Shown here: positions 1 through 9,819 of the stretch, in pieces
Position numbering within the stretch: the first letter of the stretch is position 1
How the letters are laid out: the number at the start of each line of letters is the position of its first letter
Origin: Candidatus Latescibacterota bacterium
Lineage (GTDB): Bacteria > Latescibacterota > UBA2968
NCBI GenBank assembly: GCA_965116885.1
Contig: OZ220741.1
Location: 3,776,001 to 3,840,000 of the forward strand
Length of the DNA stretch: 64,000 nucleotides
Direction: 5' to 3'
Translations under genes and position numbers: made by a program
The notes under the pieces: model-generated
Seen by the model: the letters and a program-made list of their open reading frames with translations, nothing else
What the model was told of the DNA's origin: nothing
The model's database searches: none

Positions 1-1
1 A

Positions 2-469
2 CGGCTCGCAGGGGCCGAGCAGTTGTTTCCGATGAAAGTCACGCAGGATTTTTCATACCGATCCAATACTGTCGCGGGTGAGGGATGGGTGCTGGTGGGC
101 GATGCGTTTGGTTTTATCGATCCCGTTTATTCTTCGGGTGTGTTCCTCGCGCTCAAATCGGGCGAGATGGCCGCCGATGCAATCCACGAGGCCATTAAAA
201 AGCGCGATTTCTCGGGTGAACAACTCGGCAAATGGGGGCCAGAATTTCTTCCGGGCATGGAGGCGATTCGCAAATTGGTCTATGCTTTTTATACCAAAGA
301 TTTCAGTTTTGCCAGGTTTTTAAAATCGCATCCAGAATGTATAGATGGCGTTATCAATATATTAAAAGGCAATGTCTATCGCGAGGATGTCACCCCTATT
401 TTTGAGCCTATGGGGCAAATGTGCGATCTGCCCGAGACTGTGGAACACTACGCTGAGGTATCTGCTTAA
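2..469 (+). CDS. NAD(P)/FAD-dependent oxidoreductase, flavin-dependent halogenase-like (5'-partial)
   Basis: Frame is open from the window edge. C-terminal motif GEGWVLVGDAFGFIDPVYSSGVFLA is typical of the flavin halogenase/GGR-like family. Confidence 0.75.
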   Translation, partial: RLAGAEQLFPMKVTQDFSYRSNTVAGEGWVLVGDAFGFIDPVYSSGVFLALKSGEMAADAIHEAIKKRDFSGEQLGKWGPEFLPGMEAIRKLVYAFYTKDFSFARFLKSHPECIDGVINILKGNVYREDVTPIFEPMGQMCDLPETVEHYAEVSA

Positions 470-484
470 ACGGGATTGCTGTAT

Positions 485-1786
485 ATGCGAATTGCTTATA
501 TTGCCGCTGGTGCGGCGGGCATGTATTGTGGCAGTTGTATTCACGACAATGCGCTGGCCTCTGCGCTTCAGCGCAAGGGGATAGATTTCGCGCTTATTCC
601 GACGTACACGCCTCTGCGTACCGATGAACCGGGCGCGAGTATCGATCGGGTTTTTTATGGCGGCATCAATGTTTATCTCCAGCAGAAAATGGGTATTTTT
701 CGGCACACGCCCTCTTTTGTCGATAGATTATTGAATAGCCGAATACTGCTCAATAGTCTCGCCCGTTTTAGCGGATCAACGCGCGCTGAAGACCTCGGCA
801 CGCTCACAGTTTCGGTTTTAGAAGGGGAAGAAGGCGCGCAAAAAAAAGAACTCGCAAAGCTGGTGCGCTGGTTGAAAGAGGACTTTCGACCAGACCTCGT
901 GCAATTGACCAATTCGATGTTTTTGGGCATGGCGAGAGAAATGAAACGGGAACTCGGTATTCCCGTTTTGTGTTCTCTGCAAGGCGAAGATATTTTTCTC
1001 GAAGGATTGATAGAACCCTACAAATCGGACGCGCGGCAGTGCTTACGAGATAGAGCAAAAGATGTCGATGGATTTGTAGCCACTTGTGATTATTATGCCG
1101 ATTTTATGGCAGATTATCTCGATGTGCCGCGCAATCGGATTCACGTTGCGCCTTTGGGTATCAAATTAGACGGACATGGAGAAAGCGGTGTAAAGCCGGA
1201 CCCATTGCCTTTTGCGATAGGTTATCTCGCCCGAATATGTCCCGAGAAAGGGTTGCATGCGCTGGTAGATGCGTTTCATCAACTGGCTGAGCAAGTCGGT
1301 AAGGAGAATGTAAAACTCAGCGTTGCCGGTTATCTCGGACAAAGAGACGCGCCGTATTTTCAGCACGTATGCGAACAAATCGCATCCCGGGGACTTTCCG
1401 ATGTTTTTGATTATCGCGGGGAAGTCAATCGGGAAGAAAAAATTGCATTTCTGAATAGCATCCATATCTTATCTGTGCCCACGCCTTATAAAGAACCCAA
1501 GGGGCTATCGCTGCTCGAAGCTATGGCCAATGGCGTTCCCGTTGTTCAGCCCCGGCACGGTATTTTTCCGGAATGGATCGAAAAAACGGGTGGGGGAATT
1601 CTGGTAGAGCCAGATTCTTCAGAGGCATTGGCGGCAGGGTTGCTGCGGATGATGAATGACGCAGAGGGGCGAGAGGCGATGGGGCAAAAAGGGAAAGAAG
1701 CAGTGCATCAAAATTTTAGCGACGACGATATGGCGGAAGCAACACTGTCGGTATATCGCCGGTATGTGACGGATTCAAAAACTTAA
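485..1786 (+). CDS. Glycosyltransferase family 4 (GT-B)
   Basis: IGYLARICPEKG and EPKGLSLLEAMANGVPVV (EX7E) motifs; N-terminal GMYCGSC. ATG at 485 chosen as start. Confidence 0.88.
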   Translation: MRIAYIAAGAAGMYCGSCIHDNALASALQRKGIDFALIPTYTPLRTDEPGASIDRVFYGGINVYLQQKMGIFRHTPSFVDRLLNSRILLNSLARFSGSTRAEDLGTLTVSVLEGEEGAQKKELAKLVRWLKEDFRPDLVQLTNSMFLGMAREMKRELGIPVLCSLQGEDIFLEGLIEPYKSDARQCLRDRAKDVDGFVATCDYYADFMADYLDVPRNRIHVAPLGIKLDGHGESGVKPDPLPFAIGYLARICPEKGLHALVDAFHQLAEQVGKENVKLSVAGYLGQRDAPYFQHVCEQIASRGLSDVFDYRGEVNREEKIAFLNSIHILSVPTPYKEPKGLSLLEAMANGVPVVQPRHGIFPEWIEKTGGGILVEPDSSEALAAGLLRMMNDAEGREAMGQKGKEAVHQNFSDDDMAEATLSVYRRYVTDSKT

Positions 1787-1799
1787 TACAGGAGGGCAA

Positions 1800-2291
1800 A
1801 TGCCGACTTCATCTACTGGACTTACGTGGTTGATTTTTGCGTTGTTGACTGTGGGATCGTGGGGTTTGTACGGGATTTTTCTGCACACCGGGCAGATCGC
1901 GATGGGCGATCCCGAAAATGGGCGCTATAAGGCATTTCTGTTTGTGGGTATTGCCTATCTTGTGACGGCTGTTATTGGATCTCTCATCGTGCTGGCGATC
2001 AACGGATCGGACTGGACATTTCCGACAAAGGGACTGACATGGTCACTGTTGGCTGGTACTGTGGGGGCTATTGGCGCGTTTGGTGTGCTCCTCGCCTTTG
2101 GCGCAAAGGGGACGCCACCCGTGGTTATGTCCATTGTTTTTGCCGGCGCGCCTATGGTCAATGCTATCGTCTCTCTCATTATGCATCCGCCAGCCGGTGG
2201 ATGGGGTGGTTTGAACTGGCAATTTGTGCTGGGTATTATATTGGCCGCACTGGGGGGGTGCCTGGTGACCTTATTTAAACCATCGTCTTGA
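1800..2291 (+). CDS. Small multi-pass membrane protein (DMT/EamA-like half)
   Basis: About 5 hydrophobic segments; AGGAGG SD upstream of the ATG. Confidence 0.65.
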   Translation: MPTSSTGLTWLIFALLTVGSWGLYGIFLHTGQIAMGDPENGRYKAFLFVGIAYLVTAVIGSLIVLAINGSDWTFPTKGLTWSLLAGTVGAIGAFGVLLAFGAKGTPPVVMSIVFAGAPMVNAIVSLIMHPPAGGWGGLNWQFVLGIILAALGGCLVTLFKPSS

Positions 2292-2300
2292 TTGAGCACT

Positions 2301-2738
2301 ATGCACAGTGAATTTCACACCACTCGCAGGGTAGAATTTTCCGATACGGACATGGCCGGGATTGTACACTTTTCCCGGTTTTTTGTCTTTATGGAAGCTG
2401 TCGAGCACGCTTTCTTGCGCTCGTTGGGGACGAGTGTTTCAACAGAATGGGATGGAAATAAAATCGGATGGCCGAGGTTGGAAGCAACATGTACATATCT
2501 CAGTCCAGCCGTATTTGAAGATGTGCTGGATATTCATCTGAAAGTGATACGCAAAGGCACAAAATCCCTGACCTATCGGTTTGATTTTTCCCGCGGGGAG
2601 ACGGCTATTGCCCGCGGAGAGTTGAGTACGGTATGTTGTATATGCAATCCCGGTGAAAAAATCAGGTCCATTCCGATACCAGATTTTATTGCAGATCAGA
2701 TCGCGGATGAAGCAGATGGCGCAGATAGACGCGGATGA
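2301..2738 (+). CDS. Acyl-CoA thioesterase (4HBT/YbgC hot-dog fold)
   Basis: RRVEFSDTDMAGIVHFSRFFVFME motif. Confidence 0.88.
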   Translation: MHSEFHTTRRVEFSDTDMAGIVHFSRFFVFMEAVEHAFLRSLGTSVSTEWDGNKIGWPRLEATCTYLSPAVFEDVLDIHLKVIRKGTKSLTYRFDFSRGETAIARGELSTVCCICNPGEKIRSIPIPDFIADQIADEADGADRRG

Positions 2739-2740
2739 AG
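2699..2740 (+). repeat. Dispersed GGAT/AGAT-core short-period repeat, copy 1
   Basis: GATCGCGGATGAAGCAGATGGCGCAGAT is 24/28 identical to 9732-9759. Confidence 0.6.
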
Positions 2741-2749
2741 ATCGAGAAT

Positions 2750-2775
2750 GTAGGGGCGAGGGCCCTGGCCCGCCC
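2750..2775 (+). repeat. REP-like GTAG palindrome
   Basis: GTAG-GGGCG-AG-GGCC-CT-GGCC-CGCCC intergenic hairpin with a GTAG foot. Confidence 0.45.
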
Positions 2776-2795
2776 GAATATTTAAGAGGTCACAA

Positions 2796-3449
2796 ATGGC
2801 ATTAAAAGTTGAAAATCTTACCAAACACTTTGGCGATGTAAATGTTCTGCGGGATATATCTTTTGAAATGGCGGCGGGGCAATCGCTGAGTGTTATGGGG
2901 CCTTCGGGGTCGGGGAAGAGTACCCTGTTGCATGTGCTGGGAACGCTGGACCAACCATCTGAGGGCAGTCTCGAGATTGAGGGGCAGGATCCCTTCGCAT
3001 TATCTGAAATCGAACTCGCGCGGTTTAGAAATCAGGGAATTGGATTTGTGTTTCAAGAGCACCATCTTTTGCCGCAATACTCGGTTCTGGAGAATGTTTT
3101 GATTCCAACGCTGGCATTTAGAAATGGCGATGCGCGAGACCGCGCCCGAGAGATTATTGATCGCGTGGGTTTGTCACATCGCATTGATCACAGGCCCGCT
3201 GAATTATCTGGCGGCGAGCGACAGCGCACAGCTGTTGCGCGTGCGCTCATCAATTCCCCGGCATTGCTTTTGTGCGATGAACCAACGGGTAGCTTGGATG
3301 GGGCGCGGGCAGAGGAAATAGCCGATTTGCTATTTGAATTGCACAAGCGGGAAAATAATATCCTGATCTGCGCGACGCACAGTACGGCGCTTGCCCATCG
3401 CTTTGAGCGGCGTTTTGATCTGCGGGGGGGAACGTGCGTCGAAGTCTGA
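2796..3449 (+). CDS. ABC transporter ATP-binding protein (LolD/MacB-like)
   Basis: Walker A GPSGSGKST, signature LSGGERQR, Walker B LLLCDEPTG. Confidence 0.93.
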   Translation: MALKVENLTKHFGDVNVLRDISFEMAAGQSLSVMGPSGSGKSTLLHVLGTLDQPSEGSLEIEGQDPFALSEIELARFRNQGIGFVFQEHHLLPQYSVLENVLIPTLAFRNGDARDRAREIIDRVGLSHRIDHRPAELSGGERQRTAVARALINSPALLLCDEPTGSLDGARAEEIADLLFELHKRENNILICATHSTALAHRFERRFDLRGGTCVEV

Positions 3450-6400
3450 TCTACTTCTGGCGGATTAATCTGGCTGTTGCGCTCGGCGTGGCTGTGGCGA
3501 CAGCTGTGCTGACGGGTGCTTTGATTGTGGGCGATTCCGTGCGCGGTAGCTTGCGGGATTTGTCACTGAGTCGTCTGGGCAAAATTGACCACGCCCTGGT
3601 ATCCGAGCGATTTTTCCGCGAGAGTCTGGAACGCGACCTCGAGCGTGAACTCGGCGCTCAGGGTGTTGTATCGGCTATTAGCCTGAGCGGAACGGCTGTT
3701 CATGCGGGATCGAATACGCGGGCTTCTCGCGTTCAAATTCAGGGTATTGATAATCGCTTTGCAAATCTTTTTGATCAAATATTGCCCGAGTTGACGATCG
3801 GGGGAATATTTCCATCGGTTGTCGTCAACGAATCCCTCCAAAAAGAACTCAATGCACAGATTGGCGATGCTATTCTGCTGTCTTTTGAACAATCAGATGA
3901 TATTCACCGCGAATCGCTATTTGGACGTGCTGATGGTGCAGTTCAGACAATTCGACTGACGCTCGCAGGCGTGCTTCCCGATAGGGGAATGGGGCGCTTT
4001 GGCCTTTTCGCTCGCCAGAACGTTCCGCTCAATGCATATCTGTCGCTGCCGGTTTTGCAAAAAGCGTTGGGTCAAAGAGGCCGCGTGAATACATTGCTGG
4101 TGTCGGGTGGTCCAGATACAGGTGTTCAGGAAGCTCTTTCCCGCGTTGCAATACCGGATGATCTCGGCATTGTCATCCGCCCTGAAGCAGATTATTTCGC
4201 TATTGAGAGCACGCAGTTTATTCTCAAATCCCATATTGCAGAGACTATTCAAAAAGTATCTACTGAATTAAACGCGCCCCACATGTCCATTCTCACCTAT
4301 CTGGCGAATATCACACAGGTCGGAGAGAGAGAACTGCCCTATTCCACAATTTCTGCGCTGGATGTTGGGAATCTGGGGACCTTTCAGGTTGTAGATGGAT
4401 CACTACAACTCGGGGAAGATGGTATTTTGCTGAATACATGGGCGGCTGGGGATTTGAACGCACGGGTTGGCGATGAAGTGAAAGTGGCCTATTACGAAGT
4501 CGCGCCTGGAGAAAAACTCCTGACCCGTTGGGCAACATTCCAACTCAAGGGGATTGTGGCAATGGCGGGATTGGGCGCAGATGAAAAGTTGTCTCCCGAT
4601 TATCCGGGCCTGGGGGATGCAAATAATATGGCAGACTGGGAAGCGCCTTTTCCCATAGATTTGAGTCGTGTTCGCCCGAAAGATGAAGATTATTGGGATA
4701 CCTATCGCGACGCACCCAAAGCCTTTGTGTCTGCTGCGAGTGGGCAGCGATTGTGGCAAAGTCGATTTGGCGTATTAACCGCTGTACGCATTGGAGCTAT
4801 TGCGGGAGAGGATATCGCAACAACAGCGAAGCGATTTGAGGATCGCTTGCTGAAAAACATTGCGCCCGAATCGGTTGGTCTGACATTTCAGCCCGTCAAA
4901 CAGCAGGGTCTGACCGCTTCTGCGGGGGCGACGGACTTTAGCGGGCTGTTTATTGCATTCAGTCAATTCCTGATTATTTCTGCAGCTCTTCTGGTTGGTT
5001 TGTTATTTCGTCTGAGTGTGGAGCAGCGAGGCAGGGAAGTCGGGATGCGGATGGTGTCGGGATATACGGGAAAAAAAATCCGCCGACTCTTTAGCCGTGA
5101 GGGCCTTGTGCTGGCCGGTGTGGGCGGTATTACAGGGCTGATAGGCGGTATTTTCTATGCCTATCTGATTATGGTGGGGTTGCGTACTTATTGGGTGGGG
5201 GCGGTTGGAACGTCTGATCTCTCGCTTCACATCCACACATCAAGTCTGTTGTTGGGATATGCCATTTCACTGATTGTGATCCTGCTGGCAATCTGGCTCA
5301 CGCTCCGCCGTTTGGGCAATATTTCTGTTCGCGCATTGTTATCGGGTATTACGGAAGTCGTGCGCACAAGGCCGCGTACAAAATGGTATGCCCTGGGCAG
5401 CCTCGTCCTCGCCGCGCTCAGTCTGGGGGGGGCTGCGACGGTGGATCCATCAACGGGTACAGGTTTGTTTTTTGTTAGTGGCGCGCTGTGGATGGTTTCG
5501 GGATTGTGCTTTCTCTCGCTCTGGTTCAGGCGCGGGCATCGCTCTGTGAGAGAAGGTATTATTGGGATGGGGGTGCAAAATAGCAAGCGGCAGCCCGCGC
5601 GAAGTTTGTTGTGCGCCTCACTCATCGGTTGTGCGTGTTTTGTCATTGTTGCAGTAGGCGCAAATAGGCGAACTGATTTGACTCAAAATATCGCGCAGGA
5701 CAAAGCCTCTGGCACGGGTGGCTTTGCCCTCATCGCCGAAGTTGATGTGCCGATTTATCGGGATTTCAATTCAAAAGACGGGCAATTTGAACTCGGGTTC
5801 TCGCAAGCAGATGCAGAACTTTTGAATCAGGCACGGTTTATTCCGATGCGCGTTTTGCCGGGTGAAGATGCGAGTTGTCTCAATCTTTACAAGCCCGAAA
5901 GCCCGCGTGTTTTGGGCGTTCCCGTAGCTCTGCGTCAGCGAGGTGGATTTTCATTTCAGCAAACGAGTACCGAAGCGGAAAATCCCTGGACTCTATTATC
6001 CGAGGATTTGGGCGCGGATGTGATTCCGGCAATTGGGGATTACAATTCGGCTATGTGGATTTTGCACAAGCAATTGGGCGATGATATTGAGGTTCAGAAT
6101 GAAATAGGGGAAACTGTCAGGCTGAGATTGGTGGGCTTGTTAAAGACGAGTATTTTTCAAAGTGAATTGCTGATTTCCGAAGACAATTTTTTGCGGCACT
6201 TTCCCGATCAGAGTGGGTATGGTGCTTTTCTCGTTGAAACGCAACAACCCATTCAGCTTACTGCGCTTTTGGAAAGCCGATTAAAAGATATTGGGTTAGA
6301 CGCCGTATCCACAGCGCAAAAACTCGCGCATTTTCAGGAGGTCGAAAATACGTATCTCTCCACCTTTCAGACACTGGGGGGATTGGGCCTGCTGTTGGGG

Positions 6401-6733
6401 ACGCTCGGATTGGGAATCGTCCTGTTGAGAAATGTTATTGAAAGACGCGGTGAATTGGCGGTTCTTCGCGCCTTTGGATTTCGCCGCGCTGTGCTGTCGC
6501 GCATGTTGCTCGCGGAGAATGGTTTTTTAATGCTTGTGGGCCTGGCTATCGGCAGCGTCTCCGCGCTTATTGCCGTAGCGCCCCATGTCATGAGCTATGG
6601 TGCGTTAATTCCCTGGGGATCGCTTGCTCTCACGCTTGTCATTATATACGGTGCGGGTCTCATAGCAAGTGCGATAGCCGTTTTCTATGCCCTGCGAGCA
6701 CCTTTATTGCCTGCGTTGAAACAGGAGGCGTGA
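3434..6733 (+). CDS. ABC transporter permease, duplicated FtsX/MacB-type
   Basis: 1099 aa with two FtsX-like TM modules (EQRGREVG, ERRGELAVLRAFGF) and large periplasmic loops. GTG start overlaps the ATPase gene. Confidence 0.88.
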   Translation: MRRSLIYFWRINLAVALGVAVATAVLTGALIVGDSVRGSLRDLSLSRLGKIDHALVSERFFRESLERDLERELGAQGVVSAISLSGTAVHAGSNTRASRVQIQGIDNRFANLFDQILPELTIGGIFPSVVVNESLQKELNAQIGDAILLSFEQSDDIHRESLFGRADGAVQTIRLTLAGVLPDRGMGRFGLFARQNVPLNAYLSLPVLQKALGQRGRVNTLLVSGGPDTGVQEALSRVAIPDDLGIVIRPEADYFAIESTQFILKSHIAETIQKVSTELNAPHMSILTYLANITQVGERELPYSTISALDVGNLGTFQVVDGSLQLGEDGILLNTWAAGDLNARVGDEVKVAYYEVAPGEKLLTRWATFQLKGIVAMAGLGADEKLSPDYPGLGDANNMADWEAPFPIDLSRVRPKDEDYWDTYRDAPKAFVSAASGQRLWQSRFGVLTAVRIGAIAGEDIATTAKRFEDRLLKNIAPESVGLTFQPVKQQGLTASAGATDFSGLFIAFSQFLIISAALLVGLLFRLSVEQRGREVGMRMVSGYTGKKIRRLFSREGLVLAGVGGITGLIGGIFYAYLIMVGLRTYWVGAVGTSDLSLHIHTSSLLLGYAISLIVILLAIWLTLRRLGNISVRALLSGITEVVRTRPRTKWYALGSLVLAALSLGGAATVDPSTGTGLFFVSGALWMVSGLCFLSLWFRRGHRSVREGIIGMGVQNSKRQPARSLLCASLIGCACFVIVAVGANRRTDLTQNIAQDKASGTGGFALIAEVDVPIYRDFNSKDGQFELGFSQADAELLNQARFIPMRVLPGEDASCLNLYKPESPRVLGVPVALRQRGGFSFQQTSTEAENPWTLLSEDLGADVIPAIGDYNSAMWILHKQLGDDIEVQNEIGETVRLRLVGLLKTSIFQSELLISEDNFLRHFPDQSGYGAFLVETQQPIQLTALLESRLKDIGLDAVSTAQKLAHFQEVENTYLSTFQTLGGLGLLLGTLGLGIVLLRNVIERRGELAVLRAFGFRRAVLSRMLLAENGFLMLVGLAIGSVSALIAVAPHVMSYGALIPWGSLALTLVIIYGAGLIASAIAVFYALRAPLLPALKQEA

Positions 6734-6739
6734 AGCGCG

Positions 6740-8275
6740 TTAATTTATCTTTTTGAGTGTGAGTTCATAGCACGCCGCTTCCCGATCATTTCGCACGAGA
6801 AGATAAGGTGCGGCAAGTGTGGGAGCGTTCCAGGTGTGGCTGTTTAGAGCAGGGAAGCGCGCGCGTTCATTGTGTTCATCTGGCGAGGCATCGACGAGGA
6901 CGACATCGCCCGATTCGGTTTGGATGAGCAAGAGATCATCTACCAGAATGAGTTGCCCGTGGCCATAGCGCCCTCGCTTCCATTTTCGCTGTCCGTCTGC
7001 CAGATCCAAACACACGAGGACACCATCGTCCAGTCCGTAAATATATCCGTCTTTATAGACCATATTGGCAAATTTGGCTTTGAGACGAGGGCTTTTCCAT
7101 ATCCGTTCGGTAGTAAATTCATCCCGCCTATTTTTTCCAATTTGGATCAATTCACTGCCAATGCCGTAACCTGTTGATACAAAGATGCTGTCTCCGGGCA
7201 GTGGAATAGGTTGGGCAACGTGTTGCGTCATCCCACCAGTCCAGGGATATTCCCATAGCAACTTGCCGGAAATTGGATCGTGACCCGCAACTTGTCCCCT
7301 GTTAAAAATGAGTATTTGATCCATTCCCGCTATGGAGACCAGGCTGGGTGAGCTATGCCCTGCTCTTGCACGGCCACCTCCCCAAACAATAGCACCGGTT
7401 TCTTTGTCATAAGCCATTAGAGATTGCTCGTTTCGTCCGCCTGGACTCACGATTACTTTGTCGTCTAAAATGAGAGGCGAACCGCTCATGCCCCATTCTT
7501 TAACACGCGCATCGGTTTCTTTCACAGTATCGCGCGACCAGATTTCTCGACCGGTTTCCAAATCGAGACAGGTGAGGATGCCGGTTGCGCCAAAAGAATA
7601 AACGCGATTGCCCGATATGGTTGGCGTGGCTCGCGGACCAATTCCGGCAATCGCGGTTTCATATCGTGCGCGCGCGCTGTGACGCCATTTCTCTTTTCCG
7701 GTTAAGAGATCGTAACAAGCTATGGTTTCGTCTTCGCCTTTTTGCTCTTGAGTCACGGCAGAGCGTCCAACAACGGCAAAGGCGGAATAGGCTTGACCAA
7801 CGGGTACGCGCCAGAGTAATTTGGGGGGATGCTGGCTCCAATCAGATTCCAGTTTTATTCCATTGAGGATGGCGTTGCGATGTGGACCCAAAAATTGAGG
7901 ATAATCTATATCGGGACTGCCCGAAGATTGTCTCGCCACGGATATCGATGTAACAGAAGACCAGCGCCACTCTATCTTGGGAGCCAAATCGCCCGTAAAA
8001 CCGCGAATTTGAAATAATGAAACTGTCAGGATGATCAGGAGTATAAGAATACTTAGACCCCGCAGGCGGATTTTTCGACTCGCTCGGGAAAAAGCAAAGA
8101 ACCAGAGACAGAGCAAAATGGAGCCGACTGAGCAGACGAGTATCGTCGGCATAACCTGCATCTGGCGGTTGGGCCTTTCGGGAATCCAGATCGCCGATAA
8201 TACAATGACCACCAGTACACCGATAGCAATAGCGGGCCACCAGCGAATGGATTTGGGATAAAGAGGAGCAGGCAT
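6740..8275 (-). CDS. Membrane-anchored PQQ-binding-like (BamB-type) beta-propeller protein
   Basis: Three N-terminal TM segments, YPQFLGPHRN motif, repeated 'CLDLETGREIWS'-type blades. Confidence 0.85.
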   Translation of the reverse strand: MPAPLYPKSIRWWPAIAIGVLVVIVLSAIWIPERPNRQMQVMPTILVCSVGSILLCLWFFAFSRASRKIRLRGLSILILLIILTVSLFQIRGFTGDLAPKIEWRWSSVTSISVARQSSGSPDIDYPQFLGPHRNAILNGIKLESDWSQHPPKLLWRVPVGQAYSAFAVVGRSAVTQEQKGEDETIACYDLLTGKEKWRHSARARYETAIAGIGPRATPTISGNRVYSFGATGILTCLDLETGREIWSRDTVKETDARVKEWGMSGSPLILDDKVIVSPGGRNEQSLMAYDKETGAIVWGGGRARAGHSSPSLVSIAGMDQILIFNRGQVAGHDPISGKLLWEYPWTGGMTQHVAQPIPLPGDSIFVSTGYGIGSELIQIGKNRRDEFTTERIWKSPRLKAKFANMVYKDGYIYGLDDGVLVCLDLADGQRKWKRGRYGHGQLILVDDLLLIQTESGDVVLVDASPDEHNERARFPALNSHTWNAPTLAAPYLLVRNDREAACYELTLKKIN

Positions 8276-8348
8276 AAAAATTCCTTTTTTTATTGTGAAA
8301 TGTCAGTCCGCCAAACCTCTATCTCCAACGTAAAAAAAAAAGAAAGGT

Positions 8349-8377
8349 TTGACAACCCCTCATTAAACAGATATTTT
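8349..8377 (+). promoter_or_regulatory. Sigma70-type promoter
   Basis: TTGACA-N17-TATTTT upstream of 8423. Confidence 0.55.
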
Positions 8378-8422
8378 GCATTTCTGAATTGCAAAATGTC
8401 ATCTTACAGAAAGGAGTTTGTG

Positions 8423-9733
8423 ATGAAGAAATGGCTTTGGGTTTTAATGGGTTTTTGTCTCATTCCGATTCTGGTTCAGGCAAAACACCATGCGGCGAAG
8501 GAAACACAGAATTGGCCCCACCTGCGAGGACCGAATGCAAATGGACTCGTGGATAAGGGCAATCCCCCTGTGGAATGGAGCGAAGATACCAATATCCGTT
8601 GGAAAGTAAAAATTCCAGGTACGGGTCACGCCACGCCTATTATATGGGGTGATAAAATTTTTGTTCAGACTGCGGTTAAGACCGACAAAACCGTAGAAGT
8701 TGCCCAGACAGCCAGAAAGCCTTTACCCACTCATATCTATCATTTTAAGCTACTTGCACTGGATCGCAAAAGTGGCGATGTGGTGTGGGAAAAGACCGTG
8801 CGCGAGGCGCTACCCCACGAAGGCACCCATAAAACGGCTAATTATGCTTCCACATCGGGTGTTACGGATGGCGAACATCTGTACGCATTTTTCGGTTCAT
8901 GGGGCTTGTATTGCTTTGATTTCGACGGCAATTTGAAATGGGATAAGGACTTTGGCGATATGAGAGTTGCGGGTTCTTTTGGAGAAGGTTCATCGCCGAC
9001 GATTCACGGCAATACGCTGATTATTAACTGGGACCACCAGGGCGCTTCGTTTATTGTCGCGCTGGACAAACGCACGGGTGAGGAAATCTGGCGCAAGGCG
9101 CGACGGGAAAGAACGACGTGGACCACACCGATCGTTGTCGAACACAAGGGTACGCAACAGATTATTGTGGGCGCGAGCGGAAAGACCCGAAGTTACGATC
9201 TAAAAACTGGTGATGTGTTATGGGAATGCGCGGGACTGGGTACAAATGTCATTCCCACCGCCGTCTATGCCGATGGCATCGTCTATGTCACAAGCGGTCA
9301 TAGACAGCCGGCCATGCAGGCGATTTCACTCGATAAAGCCAAAGGCGAAATTACAGGTACAGATGCCGTGCTGTGGACAGTTAATGATAATACCCCTTAT
9401 GTTTCTTCGCCTCTTCTTTCTGGCAACAATATCTACAGCACGAAAAATACCAGAAATATTTTAGCCTGTTACAATGCCAAAACAGGCGAAACAGTTTTTG
9501 GTCCTGCGCGACTCCAGGGTATAAATCGCATATATGCCCCACTGGTTGGTACAAGTGATCGCGTGTATATCGCCGGGCTGGCTGGCACGACTTATGTGAT
9601 CAAGAATGGCAGCGAATTTGAAGTGCTCGCAAAAAATAAACTCGACGAAGGTACCGGTGCATCTCCCATTATCGCGGGCGATGAGTTGTATTTGCGCGGC
9701 ACCGAACACCTGTATTGTATTGCGGCAAATTGA
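8423..9733 (+). CDS. Secreted PQQ-binding-like beta-propeller protein
   Basis: Signal peptide MKKWLWVL..., NWPHLRGPNANG motif, 'ALDKRTGEEIW' blades; AAGGAG SD. Confidence 0.87.
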   Translation: MKKWLWVLMGFCLIPILVQAKHHAAKETQNWPHLRGPNANGLVDKGNPPVEWSEDTNIRWKVKIPGTGHATPIIWGDKIFVQTAVKTDKTVEVAQTARKPLPTHIYHFKLLALDRKSGDVVWEKTVREALPHEGTHKTANYASTSGVTDGEHLYAFFGSWGLYCFDFDGNLKWDKDFGDMRVAGSFGEGSSPTIHGNTLIINWDHQGASFIVALDKRTGEEIWRKARRERTTWTTPIVVEHKGTQQIIVGASGKTRSYDLKTGDVLWECAGLGTNVIPTAVYADGIVYVTSGHRQPAMQAISLDKAKGEITGTDAVLWTVNDNTPYVSSPLLSGNNIYSTKNTRNILACYNAKTGETVFGPARLQGINRIYAPLVGTSDRVYIAGLAGTTYVIKNGSEFEVLAKNKLDEGTGASPIIAGDELYLRGTEHLYCIAAN

Positions 9734-9769
9734 TCGCGGATGAAAAGGATGGCGCGGATTTCGCGGATT
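9732..9769 (+). repeat. Dispersed GGAT-core 9-nt-period repeat, copy 2
   Basis: cgcggatga-aaaggatgg-cgcggattt-cgcggatta, immediately after the stop codon. Confidence 0.6.
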
Positions 9770-9819
9770 AAATCTGCCATAGCTGGAGCGTCCGATTTGT
9801 AAACTTTGAAAGGATTGGT

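Noticed and set aside
3424..3436. G7 homopolymer at the ATPase/permease overlap as a phase-variation or frameshift site
   Set aside because: Both ORFs are intact and the run is short. There is no evidence of slippage from a single sequence.
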